DNA from: Eledone cirrhosa
Taxonomy: Eukaryota
Assembly (NCBI GenBank): GCA_964016885.1
Contig: OZ024741.1
Location: 188,790,001-188,854,000 of the forward strand
Direction of reading: 5' to 3'
DNA length: 64,000 bases
Positions 12,285 to 25,404 of this stretch are shown piece after piece. The notes below the pieces were generated by a model that saw nothing but the letters and a program-made list of their open reading frames with translations, searched no databases and was not told where the DNA came from. Positions within the stretch are counted from its first letter, which is position 1. The number at the start of each line of letters is the position of its first letter. The translations under genes and the position numbers were made by a program.

Positions 12285-12645
12285 GTATATATATAAATTA
12301 TATATATATATAATTTATATATATATATAATTTATATATATATATAATTTATATATATATATTTATATATATATATATAAATTATATATATGTATATATA
12401 TAAATTATATATATATATAATTTATATATTTATATATATATATATATATATAAATTATATATATGTATATATATATAAATTATATATATGTATATATATA
12501 AATTATATATATATATAATTTATATATATATATAATTTATATATATATATTTATATATATATATATATATATAAATTATATATATATATATAAATTTTAT
12601 ATATAAATTATATATATATATAAATTATATATATATATATATAAA
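11876..12645. repeat. (TA)n / (TAAATA)n microsatellite tract
   Basis: Seen directly. Confidence 0.95.
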
Positions 12646-12835
12646 GAGAGAGAGATATGTAAAATCCCGACTTGAAAGCGCTTGGCGCCGTAGTCAGGAT
12701 TTTACATATCTCTATACCCACTCTGCATCTCCCCATGTATTGAGTACTCCCATGATTAGTGGTCTCCCCAGTCTCAGATCTGCAAACTATATAGATATAT
12801 ATCTATATATCATTATCATAATTTGTCAGGGAAAA

Positions 12836-13020
12836 GGGCGGTGGATTGGCAGTATCGGTAGAGGGTCGGACGCCATGCTTTCCAGCATAGTTACGTCCCT
12901 TTATGATCTGAGTTCAAATCCCGCCAAGGTTGACTTTGCCTTTCATCCTCACGGGGTCGATAAAATAAAGTACCAGTAATGCACTGGGTAATTGGTGGCC
13001 TTGTGCCTAAAGTAGAAACA
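12836..13020 (+). mobile_element. tRNA-derived SINE with a 24-bp target-site duplication
   Basis: A-box-like GGATTGGCAG..GG and B-box GAGTTCAAATCC; core gactttgcctttcatcct..ggggtcgataaaataaagtaccagt; TSD attatcataatttgtcagggaaaa at 12812-12835 and 13021-13044. Confidence 0.88.
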
Positions 13021-13703
13021 ATTATCATAATTTGTCAGGGAAAAATTGATGTTAAATGATGATGATGATGATACCTATATATATATATATATATATATAC
13101 ATACATACACAGTATAAACGTTTAGTTAAGTCTTGATAAAATACCTGACGTCAGTTATTTAGCTATGTAGACAGAATTTAAGAAAAGATTTATTTATACA
13201 GGTTTTACCTTGTATGGACATTTTAAATATCATTCATCTTCTTAAGACATGTTAAAATTAGCTTAGAAAAAATACAGCGAAAATCAAATCTTTTATGATA
13301 TTTTATTAACAAGCTCAATATATATATATGTATATATTTTTGGTAGGGTGGGGGGGTGTTCTTGTTATTTTATCTCTGAGAATGGCAGGTAGGTGGCTTA
13401 TGTCTGGTACATTATGGTGAGCTTGGTTTCAAATCCTGTCTTTTAACTTGATAAAATAAGTAGCAGTTAAGTGGTGGGCTTAATTTTAATCCCTTACACA
13501 CTTTTTACCAATAATTTCTGACTGGAAATCAATATATGTTGAGCAGGTTCTCACATTTGGTCTCTGGTAGTAGAATGTCAGAAATATTTACTTCAAAATA
13601 TTTATATAATTAGCAGATACAAAGGAATTAAATTATTTTTACTCTGTGTTATATGTTTAATTCTTCCTGAAAGTAAAATGGAGACATTAAAATGTTTCTG
13701 TGT

Positions 13704-13738
<35 letters not shown>

Positions 13739-14661
13739 CACACACACACATATATATATGAGAGGAAATGTCAGCAAAGAAAAAATCATGGGAGAATAAT
13801 ACAATACAATGATGATATATATTAGTTTAATGCTTGATATAGTAGGAATCTCTCTCTCTCTCTCTCTCTCTTTATATATCTATATATATGTATGTGCATA
13901 TATATATATATATATGTAAACATATATATACACACATACATACAAACATACATATATGCATACATGTGTGTGAATATGTGAAAATTCTTCAAGTGCCTTG
14001 TCAAAGGTTGAAAGATGGTTCAAACTTTACTTTTTCATAGCAATGGTTGTAAATACCCACAGTTACCCACTAATATCACCCTGTTTCCTCTTTCAAATGA
14101 TATTTTTCATAAGCCACATAACAATACACTGACCTCTTGCTACCAACTTTCACAAATCATATATCCCATTACAGAAGTGTGTTCATTACAGGGTGCCAGA
14201 ATAAAAACTTGTATGGATGTCAAAAATTGATGTAAATGCAAGAATTAGAAAAAAGCACCACATGACCAATAAAATTACTTCCCTAAACATGCTCTGTGTT
14301 TCCTCAAATGATGACCAATGTTTCACCGAAAACATGCACATCCCATGTTCTCTTAACAAGTATGGTTTAATAAATATGTGCCTTTACTTGCAGAATTCTT
14401 ACACTTACATATAAAAAAAGCTATATTCTGAAATGCATATATACATGTACTGTATACATATACATATACATTTTTCTTTTGTCCAACTGATGCAAACATG
14501 GGGGAGTAGACGTAAAATGATGATATATATATATGTGTGTATGTATGCATATATATATATATATATATATTTGTGTGTGTATATATATATATACATATGT
14601 GTCCCAAGGCTCTGATACCATCAACACGATAAACACAGAGCTGGCATATCTAAGAACTGAC

Positions 14662-14721
14662 TAACTGCCTGATGAGGTCATAGCCATTCAATGGCTATCA
14701 TCGAAATATATATAGCAGTTA
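14662..14721 (+). ncRNA. Minimal type I hammerhead ribozyme motif (solo copy)
   Basis: Stem I taactgc/gcagtta; core CTGATGA (14669-14675); stem II G-C closed with atagccatt/aatggctat; GAAA (14703-14706); palindromic stem III ATATATAT; UA cleavage site. Confidence 0.8.
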
Positions 14722-14771
14722 ATAAAGGATTATGAGTTCATGTAACTGACTTATGTTTCGTCACTATATAC

Positions 14772-14802
<31 letters not shown>

Positions 14803-16721
14803 TATATATATATATATATACATATAAATATATATATATTTATATATATCCTTATACAAATGCACATATAAGTATCAAATTAATGATATTTGGTTCTCAT
14901 GGAATTTTGATGCACTGAAAGTTTGGATGGATCTATACAACCTACAGACCACTATAGAGCAGTGGACATATGGACATAAAACCCCTCAAAGAACTGCAAG
15001 ACAATGCTAATAATATTTGGCTTTATTTAACTGCATTTAATCTCAGTTGTTATACTCCTCAGTAAAACTGCACACACAGAATTCACACATTCACAATGGA
15101 TGATTCCAAGTGCCAATATCCTTGCCAAAAATAAATCAATGCTAAAGAAATGTTCTTTCCAAATGTGAACAAAAAAGAAAATATGCTCTCCATTCGATAA
15201 AAAAAAGAACCTTGCTTTACACGCTCTTTTTTACAAAGTTGGGTTTTGTATTTGTTTTATTTTGTAATTATTACTTATTTTAGTTTTGACCCTTTTAAAT
15301 TTTCACTCCTCTCCCTATTCCTGCTGGTTTTCTCCGGCTACGCCCACTCATCTTTTTTCTTCTTGTTTTTGATGATGTTTTATGGTGTCTTCATTTGGAA
15401 ACTTTCCACGAAGAAAAACCAAAGGAAAAATATTTTTAAAAATTACAAGATGTTAATAATAAAGTGAAAATTATAAAACTATTAAAACGTTATTTGTTTG
15501 ACTATTGTGTGTGTGTGTGTGTGTGTGTGGGGGGGGGGGGGGGTAATCTTATTTCTATCATTTTTTAAAAACCATTTAATCAGAGAAAGAAGAGAAGTAC
15601 CCATGATATTTTATCTTATAAGGACCTCTGAGACAAGTGAAAGAAAATTATATTTAAAATGGAATCAGGTCTGAATTCTTGTAATGAGTGAACTTCATTA
15701 AAAGCATCCAAGGTGGCATTAAACTGGGCAATAGATTAAGTTTACCACACATATATGCAGAGTTTTGAAAAGGTTTCTACATTTATTATGTATCTACTAG
15801 AGCAACAGTCACCAACCTTTCGGACTTCACAGACCACTAAATTCGTAATTTTCCATCCTGCGGACCACTAATATGAATTTTTTAAAAAAGACCAATACAT
15901 CTAAACTATAATAAACTATAATAAACTATATAATAAACTATTATCTGCAGGACTGCGTACGGTTTATTTCTTTTAATTAAGTTAGTAAAATAAGTTGGAT
16001 TACTTTGAATAAATAATGAATGAATATTACATAATTTATGTGCTAAATTTCGTAAACAAATAATTTCGTAAAAGTAAATAATCTAAAATTGACTTCTTTT
16101 CAAAGTTGCACTTCCGGTATATAGTCGCCACCACCACCACCACTTCAACTACCATATATATATAGAAAGAGAGAGTGTGTGATGAGATAGATTATGATTT
16201 TCTACACACTGACGCGTATGAGTGTGCACATACATACATCTATATGTATGAGTATATCTATTTATTAATTTCAAGAACATCAGTATTCCGTGTGGCATAA
16301 TTCTCGATTATCATTGGTTCATAGGTTTTAAACGACTCCGGCCACATCAACGACGCCAAACTGAAATTAATATGCAAAATGCCAATGAGGAAGTGAGAGG
16401 GGAGAGTGTGAACGCTGTGTTCAATAACTATTAACATGTGTGCGTGTGTATGTACGTGCGCGTATGTTTATGTGTGTGTGCGTGCATGCAGCGTTCCACA
16501 GAAAGTAAAAACTATCAACATGTGTGAGTGTGTAAGTTTGCGTGCGTGTGAGCGTTTCCATGCGTGTATGTGTGTGGCGTTCCACAATCGCCACGCAGTT
16601 TATCTGTCTGTGTGCCTGTCTGTCAGTCTAACATACACAGAGTTGTGAAGGGAGTAAATAGGGACCTTTCTTTACATTGACGGACATCTTTTATAGTTAT
16701 TATTGTGTCATTTTTTGACAA

Positions 16722-19700
16722 TTGCTCGAAATGAATACTGATAATAAAAGCAATTTGACTTTATCAAACAGTGAACTACAGCGGCGACGGCGTGCAGCCA
16801 GCAATGAAGAAAAACGGGCCGAACAGCGCCATCGGAATGCCGAACTTCAGAGGCGAAGACATGCCGCCATGAATGGAGAGGAGCTGGCTGAACAATGCCA
16901 ACGAAACACTGGAGCCAAGCAGCAACAGCGTGCTGCGATGGTTGAAGACGAACTGGCTGAGCATCATCAGCAGATGGCCAGAATTCAGCAGCAACGGCGT
17001 GCTGCGATGGATGAAGAGGAGCTGGCTGAACAGCGCCAGCGCAATACAGAAGTTCAGAGAATGTATCGCCAAAGTGCTCCTCATTCCAGTAAAGAGGCTA
17101 GAAGGCGAACGAATGATATTAAAAATGGATCATGGCAACCGTGTCATTTTCAGATTGGTTGACGAGCAGAGTGTCCACATTGTGGAGCATTGCTTTGGAG
17201 GCACGAAAAGACGTGGACCACAATGTGCTGTCATAAAGGAGCAGTTCAACTAGAACACTTGCGAATGCCGGATGATGAGGAGTCACCGGAGTTGAAAATA
17301 CTAAGTATGTGGGGGTGATCAAGGAGACTGAGGTAGATTACTGTGCAAATATTCACGGCAAATTAACAATTCATTAGCTTTAGCATCGCAGAGAGTTAGT
17401 GAGATGTTTGAGAGTGGAGCATGGCAACCGAATGTAGTCATTCAAGGCCGTTTGTATCATTGTATCGGTAATTTAGAAGTTACCCCAGGAAAGAGGCCTT
17501 GATTCGCTCAAATTTGCGTTAATGACTCAGATTATAGTGAATTGGAGGAGGGTATCAGGATCGGTTGGATGAAGTTGCCGGGAAATATAACTGAACTTGA
17601 ACGGCAAAGGTTAAGTGATTTGATCCGTGATTTGCAATCATGGCTTAGACAGTGTAATCCTTATGTTATGGATTTCATGTTGGTGGCTGAACTGCAAAAT
17701 GTTCATCAGCAAACATTGGTGATTAAGGCTGACGCAGTGCTAAGGAATCAACACGAACGGCGATATAATGCCCCTGAAGGATTTCGTGAAGTTGCTGTGT
17801 TGATGGACAATAAGCCTGGATCGAGAGATATCGTCCTCAATCGCAGAGATGGTGGTCTCAAGACTATCAATGAGTCAAATAAGGCATACGATCCATTGCA
17901 TTGTGTTCTTTTATTCCAAAAAGGTGAAAATGGATGGAACATGTCTGTTCATTTAGATGATCATGAGAATCAGCATCAATAGGGAGGTGGCAATAGACAC
18001 AATAATTCGATTCGCGACTTTTACGCGTTCCATTTGAACGAGAGGAATCGACAGAGAAATGCGCTATTTCAAGTCAGTAGATTGTTCCAGGAATACTGTT
18101 GTATGGCATTCGCAAAGATCGAAAATCAAAGGCTAAATTATATAGCTACACATCAGCAACATATCAGAGCTGAATTGTATAATAATATACATGATGCGAT
18201 AACAGCCGATGATGCCAATTACAAGCAAATTGGTCGACGCATCATTTTGCCATCGTCGTTCATCGGCGGCCTGAGATATATGAACATTCGCTATCAGCAT
18301 GCAATGTCTATTGTCAGAAAGTTTGAAAAGCCAGATTTGTTTATAACGGTTACATGCAATCCTGAATGGACTGATATTAAGGATGCACCTTTGCCAGGAC
18401 AACAGCCAAAGGACCGTCCTGATATTGTGGCAAGAGTATTCAAAGGATATCTGAAAAAGATAATGGATGATGTGGAAAAAGAGGGAATCTTTGGAAGTAT
18501 AGTTGCTTTTACATACGTAATTGAATTCCAAAAAAGAGGATTGCCACATGCACATTTGCTGATCATTTTACATAGAGATTGCAAATTGAGATGTGCTGAG
18601 GATGTCGACAGCATTGTGTGTGCTGAACTGCCGGAGAATGAGGCACTACGCAACTTGGTGGCAAAGTCAATGGTGCACAACCAATGCGGAGTGGCAAATC
18701 GGAAAGCGCCTTGCATGAAAAATGGCCAATGCAGTAAGCACTTTCCGAAATCTTTTGTCACGAACACTTCCTGGAACGATGGGGATGCTCATCCCTCATA
18801 CAGAAGACGGTCGCCTGCAGATGGCGGTTTGGTCGAAAATGTAAACGGTCAACAGGTTACAAATCAATGGGTTGTGCCATACAATCCATATTTGATTATG
18901 AAATATCGTTGTCATATTAATGTGGTAATTTGTAGCTCAGTGAAAGCTTGCAAATATTTATTCAAATATGTTTACAAAGGTCATGATCGGGCAATGATCA
19001 ATGTCAGGAATGAGGAAGCGGACCAAGGAGATGAAGTTGGCAGGTTCCACTATGTTCGCTCGATTGGATCTAGTGAAGCTTGCTGGAGATTGTTCGATTT
19101 TGATCCCAATGAACGCAAACCCAGCGTTCAGAAACTGACGGTTCACTTAGAGAATAGGCAAATGGTCTGTTTTCAGGACACTAGAAGAGGTGTCGAAAGA
19201 ATTGCTAATGCACCACCTCCTAAGACGGAATTGACTGAGTGGTTCAAGCATAATAGGGAACATGCTTTGAACCCGGATCAAAGGCAACTCTACTGTGATT
19301 TCCCTTCACACTATACGTGGGATAAGAAGGGAAAGAAATTGAATGATAGAAAACAAAAGTTGAGATTCATGACTATTGGACGGGTTTGTAATGTCCATCC
19401 AGCATCTGGTGATGTGTTTTATCTCCGAATTCTGTTGCATAATGATTTTTCGAGAGGTAAACAGAGCTTCGCTGATTTAAAAACAATCAATGGTGTGGAT
19501 TATGAAACATACCAGGCTGTGTGTCAGCATCTGGGACTCCTTCAGGATGACGCTGAATGGAATAACGCCATGGAAGCTGCAGGAACACCACAGATCCCAG
19601 CTCAAATAAGGCAGTTGTTTGTCATGATTCTAGGATTCTGCAATCATACCGATCCAAGAGAGTTATTTGAACGCCATTGGGCATCATCTTCAGGTCGATG

Positions 19701-21294
19701 ATGAAAATTTGATGAAAGCTATTGTTTTGCTCAATATTGAGCAACTGCTTGAAGTTCATTTCAAATGTTTAACAGATTTCAATTTACCAATTCCTGATAA
19801 AGAAATGCGGCAACGTCTCTTAGCATTGAACATGAGATTGCAGCTTAGACGGTTGCCACTCGATCGGAGGGAACTATTCCAGTTTGATCCACTGGATCAG
19901 AAACGTATTGTGGATGAACGTATGTCAATGTTGACCCAATCTCAGAGAGAATTGGTCGATGGCGTTCTCCACCCGATTTCCACTAATGAGCAACTTTGTG
20001 CTTTCATAGATGCTCCAGGAGGCACCAGAAAGACATTCTGCTTCAACACTATGTTATCGGCAAACAGAGCTCAGAGGAAGATTGCTCTCCCTGTGGTCAC
20101 CAGTGGGATCGTTGCCACTTTGCTGAGTGGTGGAAGGACCTTCCACTCACACTTCAAGGCTCCATTGGCTCCGGATGAGTTGAGTGTCTGTAACATTACA
20201 GGACAAAGTGAACTCGCGGGTCTTATACGCAATACGTCTCTGATTATTTGGGACGAGGCTCCAATGGCACACAGATATTTGCTGGAGGCATTGGACAGAA
20301 CTTTGAGAGATATCTGCGGTAGTGACTTTCCATTCGGTGGTAGACTATCGTTCTTGGTGGCGATTTCAGACAGATGTTGCCAATTGTTAGGAATGCTCAA
20401 AGAGCGCAAATTGTCGTTGCATCTCTGAAAAAGTCCCCGTTATGGCGCCATTTCAGAGTTTTGCGATTACACGATAATATGTGACTTCGTATGTTCGGGC
20501 AAAACGAAGAGGCTGAGACATACGGCCGATGGTTGATGCAGTTGGGAAACGATGAATTGCCACACGTTGGTGATAATCAGACTGTAAGAATCCCAGACCA
20601 TTTGGTCATGCCACTGGACCGCCAAGCATTGATTGACTGGGTGTTCCCTAATTTGAATGCTTTTTGGCAGAATATCTCCTGGATATCGGAACGCGTTATT
20701 CTAACTCATACGAATGCAACGGTCGATGAAATAAATTCACAAGTAGCCGGAATGTTTCCTGGAGAGGAATGGTTGACCGTCAGTTCGGATGCAATGGAGC
20801 CTAATCAGCAGAACAGTATGGATGTTCCGACTGAGTATCTGAATTCACTTCAAATACCCGGATTTCCCCCACATATTTTGAGGTTGAAAAAGGGTATGCC
20901 GATTATATTGCTTAGAAATATCAATCATAAAATGGATCTTTGCAATAGTACCAGATTGATTATTGAGAGATTGATTAACGGAAGAGTTTTAGAAGCTAAA
21001 CTCTCAGGCAGAGAGGAATCGGTTCTTATTCCGAGGATCATGCTGAGACCAAGTGAAGATCTACTGCCATTTATTTGGCAAAGGAGACAGTTTCCCGTCA
21101 ATTTGGCCTTCTCCATGACTGTCAACAAGGCACAGGGACAGACTTTCAAGCGAGTCGGTGTCTACTTGAATGATCCAGCATTCAGCCATGGGCAACTGTA
21201 TGTTGCTGCATCTCGAGTGTGCGATCCTGATGGTATAAAATTTGCAATTGATACCACTAACAGAGGAACAACCCTGAATATTGTCTATCTTTGA
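16722..21294 (+). pseudogene. Helitron Rep-helicase (RepHel) gene, fragmented by stops/frameshifts
   Basis: N-terminal ~22-aa repeats and Zn finger CPHCGA..CC. Rep motifs PDLFITVTCNPEW, VIEFQKRGLPHAH, KYLFKYVYKG. Pif1 helicase motifs DAPGGTRKT, IIWDEAPM, QFPVNLAFSMTVNKAQGQT, FSHGQLYVAASRV. Confidence 0.95.
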
Positions 21295-21827
21295 ACTGAT
21301 GTATGCATATCTTTAATGCTATCAATAAGCGACGTAAATGATTCGGACATTGGTGTCCTTTGATCAGTATTGTGAGCTTTGACAGAGTTATCATTTATGT
21401 TCAATGTCATTTAATGTCGATAATGAGCAATAAAAACCAACAAGTATTGGTAGAAATTGCCTTCAAATTTATCGCTTCTGATAGCGGTGGTAATAAAACC
21501 TCATCATATGTTGAGTCTGGCAAAAAGTTTGGTGCCTATGGCCGGCCAGGGCTAAAGTAAAACGATTCTATTTTCGAAGTAGAAGGATTTGGAGTTCAAA
21601 CCAAGCCACCTCCGCGAGTTGAACTCTGGGCAATATTGACTCAGTGGCTAAGAGCCTGGAAATTAATGAATAAATTTTTGTGTCATATAATTTGTTGTTT
21701 TATTATTATAGCTGACCACTTATAGATAAGCATGTTATCCATATCCATATTAATTTGGCATTTGTATAAACCATTTCAAGTAAATAGGGACCTTTTTTAC
21801 ATTGATGGACATCTTTTATATTAATTA

Positions 21828-22181
21828 TCTATATCTACATATAATATAAAAGATTGGAACTTCCATCATCCTTTTGAGAAACGTGGAACAACAACGTCTA
21901 TGCAATGATACACGTTTTACAGTCAGGCAGAAGATGAACCATTTCCTAGAGGTCACTATTCTAGGTGGGAGCACCTAGAATTGTTCATATACTATGCACA
22001 AACGGTACAACGAAGAATCTGGTATATCTGGATGATTTTTTTTTACTGTTTTCTGTATCACACAGACACCACGGACTCGCCTCATACTGTAACCAGACAA
22101 ACATCCAATACAGTCATTTTCTCTTTTACCTGTCTTCTCTTATCATCTGTTTACCCGGGCAAAGCTGGGTACGTCAGCTAG
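21828..22181 (+). mobile_element. Short non-autonomous Helitron
   Basis: A|TCTATATCTAC.. 5' end; 3' hairpin acccggg-caaag-ctgggt followed by CTAG|T; interior encodes a helicase C-terminus-like peptide (..HILCTNGTTKNLVY). Confidence 0.75.
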
Positions 22182-22500
22182 TAACTATAATGGCGCAAAC
22201 ACAAATTTATAAAAATACACACTCACGGACATAATTCACACAAATACACATACATTCACACATACTTTCGCACATATACATTTACAGAAACACACACATA
22301 GTCATGATAGCGTTCGGTTTATTTGGAAATGGACGGGTAAAACAAATATAATGTTTTATTTAAATATCTTTAAGTCGTTTGGAAGCCTCGACAATGCAAA
22401 TGGGTAAATCTCCGGCTAACAAGATCCGGTGGTGGAGAGAGAGATGTAAGTGGGTGTACGTTGAGATGCGTGGTGTGTATGAGACGTGTAGAAGAATGAA

Positions 22501-22923
22501 GCAAAGAGTATAAAGGATAAAATAAAAATAACAACACGAGAGAGAGTTACCTTGGGAGAGATTTAATTGTCCCTATATATTTCGGATTCACATCCATCAA
22601 CTGGGGTTTTTTTCCGGGGTGGGTGAAAGGTTGTCTGTCGGAAAGGTGTGAAACGCGTTCTCCGCTGTTTGTTGTTTTGAATATTCAAAACAACAAGCAG
22701 CGGAGGACGCGTTTCGCACCTTTCCGACAGACAACCTTTCACCCACCCCGGAAAAAAACCCCAGTTGATGGATGTGAATCCGAAATATATAGGGACAATT
22801 AAATCTCTCCCAAGCAAAGAGTATAAAGGATAAAATAAAAATAACAACACGAGAGAGAGTTACCTTGGGAGAGATTTAATAGTCCCTATATATTTCGGAT
22901 TCACATCCATCAACTGGGGTTTT
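22501..22923. repeat. 264-bp near-perfect palindrome (22551-22814) plus ~110-bp direct repeat; Penelope pseudo-LTR-like tandem/inverted structure
   Basis: 132-bp arms with no spacer, centred on GAAT|ATTC at 22682/22683; 22501-22610 is repeated at 22814-22923. Confidence 0.8.
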
Positions 22924-22944
22924 ATACGCAAGTATTTATGCATG

Positions 22945-23225
22945 TAGATATGATTCATAAAATAAAACCGTAATTGACAATATACACAGAAATTGAACGA
23001 AGACTGTGTTACACTGTCTTCTGTAATCAGTAACGTAATCCATGATACAATTAAAAAAGATGATAATATATATCTGTTAGCATTATATATGTATGTAGAT
23101 ATGATCAAATAAAATCGTAATTCACAATATACACAGAAATTGAACGAAGACTGCGTTACACTGTCTTATGTAATCAGTAACGTAATCCATTGATACATTT
23201 AAAAAAAAGATGATATTATATATAA
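22945..23225. repeat. ~145-bp tandem duplication (aatatacacagaaattgaacgaagactg..)
   Basis: Two diverged copies; a reverse-complement copy lies at ~29215-29315. Confidence 0.75.
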
Positions 23226-23412
23226 ACTGCATTAGGAGAAAATTAGTGACAGAAATATATGAATATTTATTTAAACGATCGCAAACTGGAAGTGTTGACA
23301 TTTAAAAATTTTAAAGAAGTGAATCTTTAAATAAGTAATAAAATATATTTAATGAAGAGCCACGAAATTTAGTAGATAAATTATGTAATATTCATTCATT
23401 ATTTATTAAAAA

Positions 23413-23601
23413 GGGGCGGTGGATTGGCAGTATCGGTAGAAGGTCGAACGCCATGCTTTGCAGCATAGAGTTGCTGCCCTTTATGATCTGAGTTCAAATC
23501 CTGCCGAGGTTAACTTTTCCCTTCCTCCTTACGGGGTCGATAAAATAAAGTACCAGTAATACACTGGGATAATTGCTGGCTTTGTGCCAAAAGTAGAAAC
23601 A
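23413..23601 (+). mobile_element. tRNA-derived SINE, same family as 12836-13020
   Basis: High similarity to the 12836 copy; TSD-like attatttatt(c)aaaaaggg flanks. Confidence 0.85.
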
Positions 23602-23946
23602 ATTATTTATTCAAAAAGGGATAAAAAATTATAAACCGGACGCAGTCCCACGCTTCTTACTTTATTATAGTTTAGATTAAGCACTGTTGTACGCCCATTG
23701 ATTATATATATATAAATGTAATAGCATATAAATTATGTATGCTACAGACACATACACACATATATATATATATATTTATATATATATACACACACATACA
23801 TACCACACCACAGACAAATCGTCTTCCGAAGTTAGTGAAGCTATTATTAATCCTCCCCGGGTGAAGTAACTTGCAAATTCTTCGTAATTCATGAAATGCA
23901 ATAATACATCTAACAGACACACACACACAAATATATCTATTATAAG

Positions 23947-24741
23947 TGCACATGTGTGAAGGCTGGTCCGAAGTGTGCATGTGCGAAGGCTGGTCGGTAC
24001 TGCACATGCACAAAGTATATTCCGAAGTGCGCTTGCGCGAAGTCTGAACCGAATTGCACATGTGCGAAGTCTGGTCCGAAGGGCGCATGCACAAAATCTG
24101 GTCCGAAGTGCGCATGCGTGAAGGCTGCTCTGTAATGCACATGCACGAAGACTGCTCCATAATGCGCATGCGCGAAGTCTGGTCCAAATTGCGCATGCGC
24201 GAAGGCTAGTCCGTACTGCACATGCACGAAGGCTGGTCCGAAGTGCGCATGCGGGAAGGCTGGTCTGTACTGCGCATGCACAAAGGCTGGTCCATACTGC
24301 GCATGTGTAAAGGCTGGTCTGTATTACGCATGCGCGAAGCCCGGTCCGAAGTGCGGATGTGTGATGGCTGGTCCGTACTACGCATGCGCGAATGCTAATC
24401 CGTACTGTGCATGCGCGAAGTGTGGTTGAAGTGCACATGAGCGAAACCTGGTCCGAAGTGCGCATGCACGAAGGCTGGTCCGTACTGCGCATGCACGAAG
24501 GCTGGTCTGTACTGCACATGCGCGAAGGCTGGTCGGTATTGCACATGCGCGAAGCCTGATCCGAAGTGTGCATGCGCGAATGCTAGTCTGTACTGTGCAT
24601 GCGTGAAGTGTGGTCTGAAGTGCGCATGAGTGAAATCTGGTCTGAAGTGCGCATGCGCAAAGGCTGGTCCGTACTGTGCATATGTGAAGGCAGATTGGTA
24701 CTGCGCATGCGCGAACGCCGGTCTGTAATGCGCATGCACGA
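23947..24741. repeat. 27-bp GC-rich minisatellite (GAAGGCTGGTCCGTACTGCGCATGCGC-like), about 29 units
   Basis: 9-aa periodicity in the spurious ORFs; bracketed by ~110-bp direct repeats at 23816-23922 and 24781-24887. Confidence 0.9.
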
Positions 24742-25157
24742 ATATATATATATATATAGACACACATAAATGCCGCACACAAATCATCTTCCGATGTTAG
24801 TGAAGCTATTATTAATCCTCCCCGGATGAAGTAACTTGCAAATTCTTCGTAATTCTTGCAAAGCAATTATACATCTAACAGACACACTCTCTAGAATAGA
24901 TATATTTGTGTGTGAGAGAGAGAGAGAGGTAGATAGACAGGTAGGTTGGCAGGTAGATAGATCAATACATAGATATATAGGTAGGTAGATAGAAAGATAG
25001 ACGATAGTGTGGTTATCTGTATATGTGGCTGTGTGTATGTATGTGAAGATGGGGGAAATAAGGAAAGGATAATTTACTACAGTACCAATGATTCAGTCCA
25101 CAGGCGTATATTCTTTTTACCATTGCATAAGTACATAGTCTCACTCACACACGTATA

Positions 25158-25197
<40 letters not shown>

Positions 25198-25404
25198 GTG
25201 TGTGTATATGTGTGTGTTTTCTGTTTGCTTATGCGTGTGTGTGCATATGTGTGTTACTGTATCATGTATGTGTGCATAAGTGTGTTACTGTATCTGTGTA
25301 TGTGTGCATATGTGTATTACTGTATCGTGTATGTGTGCATATGTGTGTTACTGTATCTATGTATGTGTGCATATGTGCGTGCGTTTATGTCTGTGTGTGT
25401 GTGT

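Noticed and set aside
12836-13020. tRNA gene (A/B-box signals)
   Set aside because: No cloverleaf; multiple diverged copies with a shared body and TSDs identify it as a SINE.
18034-21294. Host PIF1 helicase gene or Helentron
   Set aside because: Intronless, fused to HUH Rep motifs and disabled. The RGLPH motif and lack of an APE endonuclease indicate a canonical Helitron.
22635-22670. GAAACGCGT hammerhead half-site in the palindrome arms
   Set aside because: No upstream CUGANGA core or matching stem I could be placed.
23702-24866. Cys/His-rich repetitive ORFs on the minus strand
   Set aside because: By-product of the 27-bp minisatellite; open in several frames with no splice or domain support.
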